38,957 bases of DNA from a candidate division FCPU426 bacterium (GTDB lineage: Bacteria; Oederibacteriota; Muellerivitia; Muellerivitales; Muellerivitaceae), in contig CAWHOE010000017.1 of assembly GCA_963830915.1 (NCBI GenBank), positions 1-38,957 of the forward strand, given 5' to 3'. The translations under genes and the position numbers were made by a program. Shown piece by piece: positions 17,380 through 26,425 of the stretch. How positions within the stretch are numbered: position 1 is the stretch's first letter; each line of letters begins with the position of its first letter. The notes beneath the pieces are model-generated. The model was not told the DNA's origin. It saw nothing but the letters and a program-made list of their open reading frames with translations, and did not search any database.

Positions 17380-18960
17380 TTGTTCTTCAAACATACTTTT
17401 CGCAAGAACCTTTGGGTTTTTTCGCCCTCCGAATTGCTGACGTCCATCCTTTTCATTATTTTCTTTTTTCTGGCCTTGGGAGCCTGTTTCGCTGAAAGGC
17501 CCGGTTCCCAGGACGCGCTTATGGCGGCCACCTTCAACGGTTCGGTATGGCTGGCCTGGCTTTATTTCCTGGCCGTCCGACGGCCTCCTCCTTTTGGCGG
17601 CCTGGGACTTTTGCGGGGTTTAAGCCCTTGGCTGGGCCTGGTGATTTGCTACAGCCTTATGCGTCCCCTGGTGCCGGTACTTCATCCCCAGCTTTGCGAC
17701 GCGGACTTACGGAGTCTTGACCTGAGGCTTTTAGGCAAGGGGCCCTCCCTCTGGGAACAGGGACTGATGGGGCATCCTCATTGGGCTGATTTTTTCTGTG
17801 TTTGCTATCTCGGCCTTTTCGTCTGGCTGATCGGTCTTCTGGTCTATCACTCCTACTTGCGGCGGGCCCTCTATCAAAGGTTCATGCTGGGATTGATCCT
17901 GGTCTATATCGGGGGGTTCCTGGGTTATTTGATCTATCCGGCGGTGGGACCCAGGTTCGCTTATCCCCAGGAATGGACCTGGCTTTCTGGCGGGGCCATC
18001 TTCAATTTGACCCAAGGATTGGTGAACCGGATGGGAGCCCAGTTCGATGTTTTTCCCAGCTTACATGGGGCTATCTCGGGTTACCTGTTGGCCTGGCAGT
18101 TCCATCATGACCGTCGTTCCCTGGTGTGGGGCATTCCCTTGTTCATCGGCATCTGGCTTTCCACCCTCTTCCTGGGGTTCCACTATTTCCCCGACCTGGT
18201 GAGCGGGGGACTGCTGGCTTTAGTGAGCGCCTGGGCGGCGCCTCGGATGGAGGTCCTGGCCGGGGCCTTACGGCGAAGCCTGAACCCTCCCCGGGTTTGG
18301 CTGTTGAACCTCACGGAGGGTCATGGCGACCATTATGGAAAACTGGCCGGCCGATTGAGCGACCTGCTTCCGTTGGGCGGGGAAACTTCCCCAGGGCTCA
18401 TCTGCGGCGGAGTTCCGCGTATCCGGGGGGAAGAACCCCTGCGGCAGGCCCTGGCGGATATCGGGGAAGGTCCCTTCTGGGTCCGGCCTTCCGACGCTTC
18501 CGGTTCCAAACGGGATACCTTGTTGGCCTTGAAAGCCGTCTCCCTTGAGAAAGTGGTCCGCACCGCTTTCACGCCTGGAACCAAGCGTTATTACATCGTC
18601 CAAAAAGCCCTCAAGGTTTCGGCGGTCGGGGTTTGCAGGTCCTTTCCATCCCAGGGGATGGAATTGACCGATGTGGAGATCCGGATGACTTCCTTGCCCC
18701 AAGGGGAAGCCTTGGTGATGAGGCTGACCCCCAACCGGGCCTTGTTCAAGGGCTGGCTGGACAGTCCGTGGAATTATTTCCCCAAATCTTTCCCCTTGAA
18801 AGGGTTCGAGCTTTTCGAGGTCGTCAAATTGACCCGCCAATTAGCCCAACGTTGGAAACGCTTTACGGAAGTGGAGTGGATCCTTTCCGGCGGGAAGGTC
18901 TATGTGTTGGATGGGCGCCCGGTGGGCGGGGGAAAAGATCCGGGAGAGGGTAAGGTTTGA
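17380..18960 (+). CDS. PAP2/Aur1-like membrane phosphatase/phosphotransferase fused to a degenerate PEP-synthase/PPDK N-terminal-like domain
   Basis: YPAVGPR, FPSLHG, FHYFPD motifs; C-terminal half has PFWVRPS, YIVQK, EVEWILSGGKVYVLDGRPV. TTG 17380 follows AGGAG; the ORF track starts at 17347. Confidence 0.75.
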   Translation: MFFKHTFRKNLWVFSPSELLTSILFIIFFFLALGACFAERPGSQDALMAATFNGSVWLAWLYFLAVRRPPPFGGLGLLRGLSPWLGLVICYSLMRPLVPVLHPQLCDADLRSLDLRLLGKGPSLWEQGLMGHPHWADFFCVCYLGLFVWLIGLLVYHSYLRRALYQRFMLGLILVYIGGFLGYLIYPAVGPRFAYPQEWTWLSGGAIFNLTQGLVNRMGAQFDVFPSLHGAISGYLLAWQFHHDRRSLVWGIPLFIGIWLSTLFLGFHYFPDLVSGGLLALVSAWAAPRMEVLAGALRRSLNPPRVWLLNLTEGHGDHYGKLAGRLSDLLPLGGETSPGLICGGVPRIRGEEPLRQALADIGEGPFWVRPSDASGSKRDTLLALKAVSLEKVVRTAFTPGTKRYYIVQKALKVSAVGVCRSFPSQGMELTDVEIRMTSLPQGEALVMRLTPNRALFKGWLDSPWNYFPKSFPLKGFELFEVVKLTRQLAQRWKRFTEVEWILSGGKVYVLDGRPVGGGKDPGEGKV

Positions 18961-19466
18961 AACGGAACGGTTTGGCCACTCAGTTCGTTTTTTCCCCACG
19001 CTTACCCGGAAGAACGCCCAAAGCCCTGCTCGGTTTATGCCTGTGTTCTTTGCTTCTGTTGGGGTTGGGCGGGCAAGCGGGAGCCCAGAACGAGATCGTG
19101 ACCGTCCCGGTCATCCTCGTCGATTATTACGCTTGGCCCTATACCGAGATCTTCAAGGACAGGGCGGATGTTTTCGGCTGGTCGACCGCGGGTGTGGACG
19201 CGCTAGGGTGGGGCATTCTGACGGTATCCCCCGACTATACCGGGCTTTTTTTGGTGAATACGGCCGGCGTGGCGAAGACGGTTTACCCCCTGGTCGCTCT
19301 CTTGAGTTCTTCCGACCATCCCACCCGGGACCGGGCCTGGATCGCCCTGGGAACCCATACGGCCACCCTTTTGACTTTACAGCTGATGGGTCAACCGGCG
19401 ATCGGTATCCAGGCGATGGGTCCCAGGAGGGACACGCCTGGCATCACCTTGGCTTGCCGTTTCTAA
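18957..19466 (+). CDS. Hypothetical exported/membrane protein
   Basis: Overlaps the upstream stop; signal peptide (AGA-Q), hydrophobic helices, terminal GITLACRF. Confidence 0.6.
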   Translation: MKRNGLATQFVFSPRLPGRTPKALLGLCLCSLLLLGLGGQAGAQNEIVTVPVILVDYYAWPYTEIFKDRADVFGWSTAGVDALGWGILTVSPDYTGLFLVNTAGVAKTVYPLVALLSSSDHPTRDRAWIALGTHTATLLTLQLMGQPAIGIQAMGPRRDTPGITLACRF

Positions 19467-19500
19467 GAAGGATCCCCGCCCATTCGTTTTACCCGTCAGA

Positions 19501-20367
19501 TCAAAAATCACAGACCAAGGACGCCGAGATGTCCGTGAAGGATCGGGTGGAGGCCGAGGCGGTGGTCAGGGTTTGGGCCAGACGGTCGCTGTAGAAACTT
19601 CCCGCCGGGAGTGAATCCCAGCCTTCCTCGCCGGTCAATTCAACGGTCCAGTTCTTCCAAAAGTGGAAATCCAAACCGGCTTTGAGTGTATCGAGGGTAT
19701 TCATCAGTTCCAGGTCCTGGGAAATGGTGTGGGATAGGTTCTGGACCTTCACCGTTTCGTTCATGTCCTGCCGGGCCCCCAGAAGGATCGTCGTGGACGG
19801 ATCGACCGAATACCGGAATAGGGCGACGAGCGAGGCGTTGAGGTTATCCACCTCGGCCGAACTGTCGGAGACGCGGATGAGCGAGGCGAAAGGACCGTTA
19901 TGACTGGCCACCTCGCCGTTGAGATGTAGGTCCAAAAGAAGGGGCTGGGAGAGGGGGACATCCGCGCCCACCTGGATGACCATGGAATTATAAGAATCAT
20001 CTCCCGTCAAGACCGACAGGGAAATACGGGGGATCCAACCGCCCAATCCCACGCCGCCCCCCGCTGAGAAACCTTCATAGGCGTTCGTGGAGCCTTCCAA
20101 CTGATGGGTGCCGCCCAGAGCCCCCGCGAAGAAATAACTTCCCGATCGGGATAAGCGTTCATTCCCCCGAAGTGAGAACCAGGCGCCCTGCTGGCCCCCT
20201 TCCATGGACCCATAACCGATCTCCAAATGTCCGGACCAAACGGGAAGAAAGGGCGAGGAGCCATCCAGGGTGCCCGATGTGGTCTGAGCCATCAAGGGTA
20301 AGGGAAAGATCAGGAAAGCCCCAAGCAGAAGAAGGAATGTATTTTCTTTTTTCACCAGATGATCCAA
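19501..20367 (-). CDS. Putative outer-membrane beta-barrel protein
   Basis: Signal peptide, alternating beta-strand pattern, terminal SASLVCDF. Confidence 0.65.
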   Translation of the reverse strand: MDHLVKKENTFLLLLGAFLIFPLPLMAQTTSGTLDGSSPFLPVWSGHLEIGYGSMEGGQQGAWFSLRGNERLSRSGSYFFAGALGGTHQLEGSTNAYEGFSAGGGVGLGGWIPRISLSVLTGDDSYNSMVIQVGADVPLSQPLLLDLHLNGEVASHNGPFASLIRVSDSSAEVDNLNASLVALFRYSVDPSTTILLGARQDMNETVKVQNLSHTISQDLELMNTLDTLKAGLDFHFWKNWTVELTGEEGWDSLPAGSFYSDRLAQTLTTASASTRSFTDISASLVCDF

Positions 20368-20433
20368 GGTTCAGGATTTTCGTTTCGCGAGTGAGCCGAT
20401 TTTATCCGATATAGTCCCGATCGGGGGATGGAA

Positions 20434-21198
20434 TCACTTATTGTCCTGAGATCGTTTTTCATCCTTGAGAAAGGTGTGGATGCCGCATTCGATCTTGCCG
20501 GTTCCTGACCAACGGCCGGAACGGGGATCCTCCCCTGGGCGGATGGGCCTGGTGCAGGTTTCGGGGGAACAGCCGATGGAAAGATACCCTTTTTCCCAAA
20601 GGGGATGGTAAGGCAGGTCGTGTTTCTTCGCGTAATCCCAGAACATCTTACTGGTCCAGGTCAACAGAGGGTTCACTTTGACCAGGGTGTCATTGTAGTT
20701 CTCAACGAACCGGGCGGATTGGCGGGTCGAGGCCTGGCTCCGGCGGATGCCTGTGATCCAGGCCTGATAATCCTTCAGTGCCTTTTCAAAAGGGGCGATC
20801 TTATTGGCGGCGCAACAGGCGTCCGGGTCTATCTTGTACAGTTTCCCGTGTTTGGCGAGAAATTCCTCATGGGGCATCTCGGGCTTCAACTCCCGAATAT
20901 TCAGTCCCAATTTTTTCACCAAAGCGTCCCGGTGCTCCAGGGTTTCCTTGAAATGGAACCCGGTGTTGGTGAAGAGGATCGGGATATGGGGTTTGATCCG
21001 GGTGACCAAGTGCAGCAGGACGGCGCTTTCCGCCCCAAAGGAAGTGGACATGGCCAGATGGTCCCCGAATTCCGTGACCGCCCATTGGACGATCTGTTCG
21101 GAAGTCCCGGTCTCAAAATCCCCGTTCAGTTTTTCATAATCGTAAGGTTTCAAGGGAATAGGCCTTTGGATGTCAGAAAATCGCTCTTTTCCAATCAT
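20434..21198 (-). CDS. cysH: Adenylyl/phosphoadenylyl-sulfate reductase (Fe-S, APS-reductase type)
   Basis: STSFGAE, NTGFHFKET, ACCAANK, WITGIRRSQ, KVNPL, GYLSIGC, RSGRW, ECGIH. Start uncertain (21198 or 21222). Confidence 0.93.
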   Translation of the reverse strand: MIGKERFSDIQRPIPLKPYDYEKLNGDFETGTSEQIVQWAVTEFGDHLAMSTSFGAESAVLLHLVTRIKPHIPILFTNTGFHFKETLEHRDALVKKLGLNIRELKPEMPHEEFLAKHGKLYKIDPDACCAANKIAPFEKALKDYQAWITGIRRSQASTRQSARFVENYNDTLVKVNPLLTWTSKMFWDYAKKHDLPYHPLWEKGYLSIGCSPETCTRPIRPGEDPRSGRWSGTGKIECGIHTFLKDEKRSQDNK

Positions 21199-21370
21199 AG
21201 GTTTGTTTTTCAGCAAAGACAAGAAACCGGGGAATAAAAATAGGGTGAAGACGCGCCCTGGTCATCCGAAAGGTCCTTTCTTTAAGGTTGACTCACCCGG
21301 CGCCTCGTGGCAATCTTTCCCTCGGTTCAAAGCCCTTTGGATAATCCGAACGATCGAGGGAAGAAAAAAA

Positions 21371-22408
21371 ATGAAAGTCTTGTCCAGGATATTGACCTTA
21401 GGAGTCCTGTTCCTAGCGGCCCCTGCCGGCTCATGGGCCGGGGTGGAATTGAAAGGGGTCAGCTCCGCCATGACGTCCCCTCTTTTTTCCAGTTGGATGA
21501 ACGGTTTTGCAGCCGGTCAAACGGGGGTGAAGGTCAAACTGGAGAACAAGACATCCTCCGACAGCGTGGAACAATGGCTGGGACGAGGGGCGCTTTTCGC
21601 GGCCATCGATACGCCCCTGACCCTGGCCGAGGAGAATTGGGCCAAGGTCCGGGTACCACTCGATCTGCCGGTCGCTCTTGAGGCGATTGTCATCACCTAT
21701 AACCTCCCGGGAATCCCTGCGGGGATCAAACTTACCCCCAAGATCCTTTCGGCGATCTTCATGGGAAATATCCGCAAATGGAACGACCCCGTCCTGACCG
21801 AAATGAACCCAGGCGTTCACCTGCCTGATCTGGACATCCTGGTCCTTTATCGGGATGACACCCGGTCGGTGCGGGACCTATTCCCCAATATCATTTCCAG
21901 GCTGGATAGCAATTGGACGCAAAACCGGGAAAAGGAAAAGAACCTGCACTGGCCGGTGGGCCGTAAAGTGAGGGGGAACGAACAGGCGGAAGAGTTCCTG
22001 AGGAAATACCCTGGAAGCATCGCGGCGCTGGATTTCCAATACGCCATGACGAAAAATTTGCCCGCGGCCAGCGTGAAGAACGAATCGGGGGAATTCATCC
22101 TGCCGACCGTGGAAAGTATCCAGGCGGCTACGGCCGATATCGCACATTTCCCGGATGATTTCAAGGTTTGGATCAACCATTCCCGCGACCATCAAGCCTA
22201 TCCGTTATGCGGTTTCATGTGGATGATGGTCTATCAGGATAACCACAAGGTCTTTCATGATCCCAAGAGGGAGAAAGCCTTGTTGGATTTCCTGGATTAC
22301 ATCGTAGGGGAGGAGGGACAGAAACTGGCGAAAGACCCCGGATTCCTGCCGCTCCCCGATGGCCTGCTCGTCCAAGTCAAAGACAAGATCAAGTCCCTTC
22401 ACCCTTGA
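21371..22408 (+). CDS. PstS-fold periplasmic substrate-binding protein (divergent)
   Basis: Signal peptide; IVITYNLPG, IFMGNIRKWNDP, LHWPVG..VRGNE, AYPLCGF. Canonical phosphate-binding motifs are altered. Confidence 0.8.
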   Translation: MKVLSRILTLGVLFLAAPAGSWAGVELKGVSSAMTSPLFSSWMNGFAAGQTGVKVKLENKTSSDSVEQWLGRGALFAAIDTPLTLAEENWAKVRVPLDLPVALEAIVITYNLPGIPAGIKLTPKILSAIFMGNIRKWNDPVLTEMNPGVHLPDLDILVLYRDDTRSVRDLFPNIISRLDSNWTQNREKEKNLHWPVGRKVRGNEQAEEFLRKYPGSIAALDFQYAMTKNLPAASVKNESGEFILPTVESIQAATADIAHFPDDFKVWINHSRDHQAYPLCGFMWMMVYQDNHKVFHDPKREKALLDFLDYIVGEEGQKLAKDPGFLPLPDGLLVQVKDKIKSLHP

Positions 22409-22517
22409 TGGCCCGAAAGGCCGTGCCTTTTCACTTTAAAAATTAGGCCCATTCGTGTCTTGAAAGAATGATGGGGCTTTGTTCAAATGAACCTCAATCC
22501 ACTCCCCTGAGGTTTCC

Positions 22518-24053
22518 ATGCAAGAACCTGAAATGTTGGAAAATTCCCTCCGCCAAGGTCTTTTTTCCGACCGGATGCCGAGACCCTGCAGCCTGGTCAT
22601 CTTCGGCGCTTCGGGAGACCTGACCCAACGCAAGCTGGTACCGGCGCTTTTCGATCTCTATAAAAAACATCTCCTCCCCCCGTCTTTCAACCTGATCGGC
22701 GTTTCCCGGTCCCCCCTTTCGGATGAGGAATTCAAGAAGAGGCTGAGGGACGCCCTGAAGCAGGTAGACCCTCAACTCTCCGACCCGCTATGGGAAAGTT
22801 TCTCCCAGAATTTCCACTATCACGCGGGGGGATACGATGATTTTCGTGCATTCCAGGAGCTCTCCCGCCTTTTGGATGATAAGGACCAAAAGAACGGCAC
22901 CCAGGGCAACCGCATTTTCTATCTTTCCACCCCGCCCAACGTCTTCGAGATGATCATCTCCAACCTTGGCGCGTCCGGCCTGGCAAGCGAGGACAAGGGA
23001 TACGCCCGCATCGTCATCGAGAAACCTTTCGGACGCGACCTAGCCTCGGCGAGGGAACTCAACCAAAAATTAAGGGAAGTGTTCCAGGAAAAGCAGATCT
23101 ACCGGATCGATCATTACCTGGGCAAGGAAACGGTCCAGAACCTTTTGGTCATGCGGTTCGCCAATTCCATGTTCGAGCCGATCTGGGACCGGCGCTATGT
23201 GGATCATGTCCAGATCACGGCCAGCGAGGAATTGGGGGTCGAGAGCCGGGCCGGTTATTACGAATCTTCGGGCGTGCTAAGGGATATGTTCCAGAACCAT
23301 CTGCTTCAGGTGCTGTCCTTGGTGGCCATGGAACCCCCGGCCGCTTTCGAGGCCGACGCCATCCGGGACGAGAAACTCAAGATCCTGAAATCCATCCGGC
23401 CCTTCGACCAGCAAACGATCCCCCAATGGGCGGTGAGGGGACAGTATGGGCCCGGGTTCATGGCGGGCGCGAAGGTGCCGGGATACCGCCAGGAAGAGGG
23501 GGTCAAGCCCGGATCCATCACGCCTTCCTTCGCGGCGATCAAGATCTACGTGGATACCTGGCGGTGGCACGGGGTGCCCTTCCTGCTGCGCTCGGGGAAA
23601 AGACTCCCGAAGAGGGTCACCGAGGTGGCCATCCAGTTCAAGGAACCGCCCAATCTGCTCTTCAAGGGCAACGTCAGCGACCTTTCCCCGAACGTCTTGG
23701 TGGTGAGGATCCAGCCCGATGAGGGGATCACGCTGAAGTTCGAGACGAAAGTCCCTGGGATGACCATGGAGGTCCGCACGGTCAACATGGATTTCCGCTA
23801 CGGCACCAGCTTCGCCGAGGGGACTTCGGAAGCTTATGAGCGTCTCCTTCTGGACTGCATGCTGGGGGACGCCACTTTGTTCATCCGGGGGGACGAGGCG
23901 GAAGCGGCCTGGGGCGCCATCATGCCGGTCCTGGACCATTGGGAGAATCACGAGCCGGAAGAGGCTTTCCCCAATTATGAGGCCGGAACCTGGGGCCCTC
24001 TATCCGCTGACAAACTGCTGGAAGGACCGGGAAGGAAATGGAGGCGGTTATGA
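22518..24053 (+). CDS. zwf: Glucose-6-phosphate 1-dehydrogenase
   Basis: IFGASGDL, IEKPFG, RIDHYLGKETVQN, DMFQNHLLQ, LRSGKRL. Confidence 0.98.
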   Translation: MQEPEMLENSLRQGLFSDRMPRPCSLVIFGASGDLTQRKLVPALFDLYKKHLLPPSFNLIGVSRSPLSDEEFKKRLRDALKQVDPQLSDPLWESFSQNFHYHAGGYDDFRAFQELSRLLDDKDQKNGTQGNRIFYLSTPPNVFEMIISNLGASGLASEDKGYARIVIEKPFGRDLASARELNQKLREVFQEKQIYRIDHYLGKETVQNLLVMRFANSMFEPIWDRRYVDHVQITASEELGVESRAGYYESSGVLRDMFQNHLLQVLSLVAMEPPAAFEADAIRDEKLKILKSIRPFDQQTIPQWAVRGQYGPGFMAGAKVPGYRQEEGVKPGSITPSFAAIKIYVDTWRWHGVPFLLRSGKRLPKRVTEVAIQFKEPPNLLFKGNVSDLSPNVLVVRIQPDEGITLKFETKVPGMTMEVRTVNMDFRYGTSFAEGTSEAYERLLLDCMLGDATLFIRGDEAEAAWGAIMPVLDHWENHEPEEAFPNYEAGTWGPLSADKLLEGPGRKWRRL

Positions 24054-25153
24054 GCCCCTTGACGGCCAATGAGGTCGAAAAGGACCTGGCGGATCTTTGG
24101 AAAGCCCCTTCCGGGGATAAGACCGGGGACCTGGGGCTTCAAAGGGTCTACACCACCAATCTGGTGACCTACGCCTTGAACTATGAGGCGGGATTCCGGG
24201 CCGAAAGGATACTCAATGACCTGGCGGAGCATCATCCGGGCCGATATATCCTCGTTCGGCCTTCCCTGGAAGGGGAAGAACCTTCCCTGAAACATTTCAT
24301 CTCCGGCCATTGTTTCATCGGGAGCGATAAGGAAAAAAAGGTCTGCTGCGACCTGATCAAACTGGTAGCCGGGGAGGGCGTGATCGAGAACCTTTACGGT
24401 TTCACCTTCGCCCTATTGCTGCCGGACCTGCCGGTGGAATTTTGGTGGCCGGGCGACCTGTCCATTTCCAATCCCTTTTTCCAACGAATGGCCGAGGAGT
24501 CGGACCGGGTCTGGGTAGATTCCTCCAAATTCTCCGATCCGGTCGGGTCATTGGCGCTCCTGGCCGCCACCTGGAAAACCCGTCATCCCGATACCCTGTT
24601 GGAGGACCTGAACTGGGTGCGTATCCACCGATGGAGGGCGCTCATCGCCGAGCTGTTTGACGGGGAATGGGCCATCTATCTTAAGGAGATCCAGAAGGTG
24701 ACCATTGAATACGGGGATGGAACCTCGCCGACCCGGGGATTCACCCTGGCTTGCTGGCTGGCCCATCAATTGGGCTGGGGTTATCAAGGCCCCCGGGTCA
24801 CCCTTTTCCCCAACGAATTGAACTTCACCAGCCCCCACGGCCCGGTGAAGGTGATCCTGAAACCCGTTCCGGTACGGGACCTGAAACGGGACCTGATCTT
24901 AGCGGTCCGGCTCGAGACTTCGGGAAAAAGGTCAGGACGCTTCACGGTCGCCCGCAGCGAGGATCCCTCGCAGGTGCTGTCCCAGTCGGAGATCGACGGT
25001 CAAAAGTCTTTTTCCAGGACCGTCTCTTTCCAACATCTTCATTCCAATGAATTATTGGGGGAGGGGCTCAAGCATCTCCAGGAGGATCAGATCTGGACGG
25101 GAACCCTGCGAATGGCCGGAACCATCCTGGAAGACCCCAATTCTTCTCGGTGA
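24050..25153 (+). CDS. opcA: G6PDH assembly/allosteric effector OpcA
   Basis: ATGA overlap with zwf; HPGRYI, LLLPDLPVEFWWPG, DLNWVRIHRWRALIAELFD. Confidence 0.88.
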   Translation: MSPLTANEVEKDLADLWKAPSGDKTGDLGLQRVYTTNLVTYALNYEAGFRAERILNDLAEHHPGRYILVRPSLEGEEPSLKHFISGHCFIGSDKEKKVCCDLIKLVAGEGVIENLYGFTFALLLPDLPVEFWWPGDLSISNPFFQRMAEESDRVWVDSSKFSDPVGSLALLAATWKTRHPDTLLEDLNWVRIHRWRALIAELFDGEWAIYLKEIQKVTIEYGDGTSPTRGFTLACWLAHQLGWGYQGPRVTLFPNELNFTSPHGPVKVILKPVPVRDLKRDLILAVRLETSGKRSGRFTVARSEDPSQVLSQSEIDGQKSFSRTVSFQHLHSNELLGEGLKHLQEDQIWTGTLRMAGTILEDPNSSR

Positions 25154-25231
25154 ATAAAAGGTGAAAAGGCTTGTTTTTACCATTCCGTGACATGGAATCA
25201 TGATGACAAGGTCTTTCTACGGCCCATCCGG

Positions 25232-25260
25232 TTGGAAACAATTCCTTTGGGGGTTACAAT
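25232..25260 (+). promoter_or_regulatory. Putative sigma70 promoter for pgl
   Basis: TTGGAA-17 bp-TACAAT. Confidence 0.55.
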
Positions 25261-25359
25261 GGATGCATTGAACGGTTGAAGCCGTTCGACCTTGGCATCT
25301 TCGCTGGAGCGGGAGACCGGGGTTCGATCTTTCTGCTCCGCCGTATCGAAGGTGGTCTG

Positions 25360-26250
25360 ATGAGCCCTATACAGAAAAAAGCGAAGAAACCGAGCCAATC
25401 CAAGAAAATTTCCAAGGCATTACCAAAAAAAACGGCCGTTAAAACCAAAGCGAAGTCCCCCCTTCCCGCCAAAGCGGCTCTCAAGCCCAAGGCCCTGAAG
25501 TTCCAACCAGAGATCAACATCTATCCAAACGTTAGTTTGTTATTTGAGGAGACAGCTCCCCTGGTCATGATGGCCGCCAGGGAAGCGGCCGATAAGCGGG
25601 GCCGTTTTTTGTGGGCTCTCTCGGGAGGGTCCACTCCAAAGGGCTTGTTCCGGCAACTCACCGAGGAACCCTACTTGAACCTGATGCCCTGGGCCAAGAC
25701 CTACGTTTTTTGGGTGGATGAGAGGCAGGTTCCTCTGACCCACGCCGATAGTAATTACAAGTTGGCGATGGATCATCTTTTGTCTAAAGTTCCCATTCCC
25801 AAATCCAACATCTTCCCCCTGACCGACGGTACCAAGCCGGTGGACGCCGCGGCCTCGGTCTACGAGAACAAATTGAAGAAGTTCTTCGGGATGGACAAAG
25901 AACCGCCTCGATTCGACCTGACCCTGATGGGCATGGGGGAGGATGGCCATACGGCCAGTCTTTTCCCCGGGGTCCAATACTTGAACGAGCAAAAACATTG
26001 GGTGATCGGCTACAAGGTGGATGACCAGCGCAAGGAACGGATCACTCTTACCTTCCCCGTCCTGAACGCCTCGCGTTTGATCATGGTGCTGGTGGAGGGT
26101 GAAAAAAAGGCGGTTAGGATCAAAGAAGTGCTGGAAGGCCCATCCGATCCTCCCCGGTACCCCATCCAATACCTACGCCCCTTCGATGGAAAGGTCCAGT
26201 TCGCGCTGGACGCTTCAGCGGCTTCCCTGCTGAAGAACAAGATTTCCTGA
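25360..26250 (+). CDS. pgl: 6-phosphogluconolactonase with Lys/Ala-rich N-terminal extension
   Basis: ALSGGSTP, FWVDERQVP..HADSNY, MGMGEDGHTASLFP, RITLTFPVLN. Confidence 0.95.
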   Translation: MSPIQKKAKKPSQSKKISKALPKKTAVKTKAKSPLPAKAALKPKALKFQPEINIYPNVSLLFEETAPLVMMAAREAADKRGRFLWALSGGSTPKGLFRQLTEEPYLNLMPWAKTYVFWVDERQVPLTHADSNYKLAMDHLLSKVPIPKSNIFPLTDGTKPVDAAASVYENKLKKFFGMDKEPPRFDLTLMGMGEDGHTASLFPGVQYLNEQKHWVIGYKVDDQRKERITLTFPVLNASRLIMVLVEGEKKAVRIKEVLEGPSDPPRYPIQYLRPFDGKVQFALDASAASLLKNKIS

Positions 26251-26425
26251 AGGAAGGGCTCGGACCTTTAGGGGATTCTGGAATTGTCGCGGGTTATATC
26301 CTCGATAGATCCCTATCAAGACCCCGCTTTATTCTTCCCAAGAAGCGACTTACCATTATTGGCGAATGAGGGATATATTGGGAGTGTAGGTCGAAAGCTC
26401 AAAACCGTCCGCGAGGGTAGGGGAG

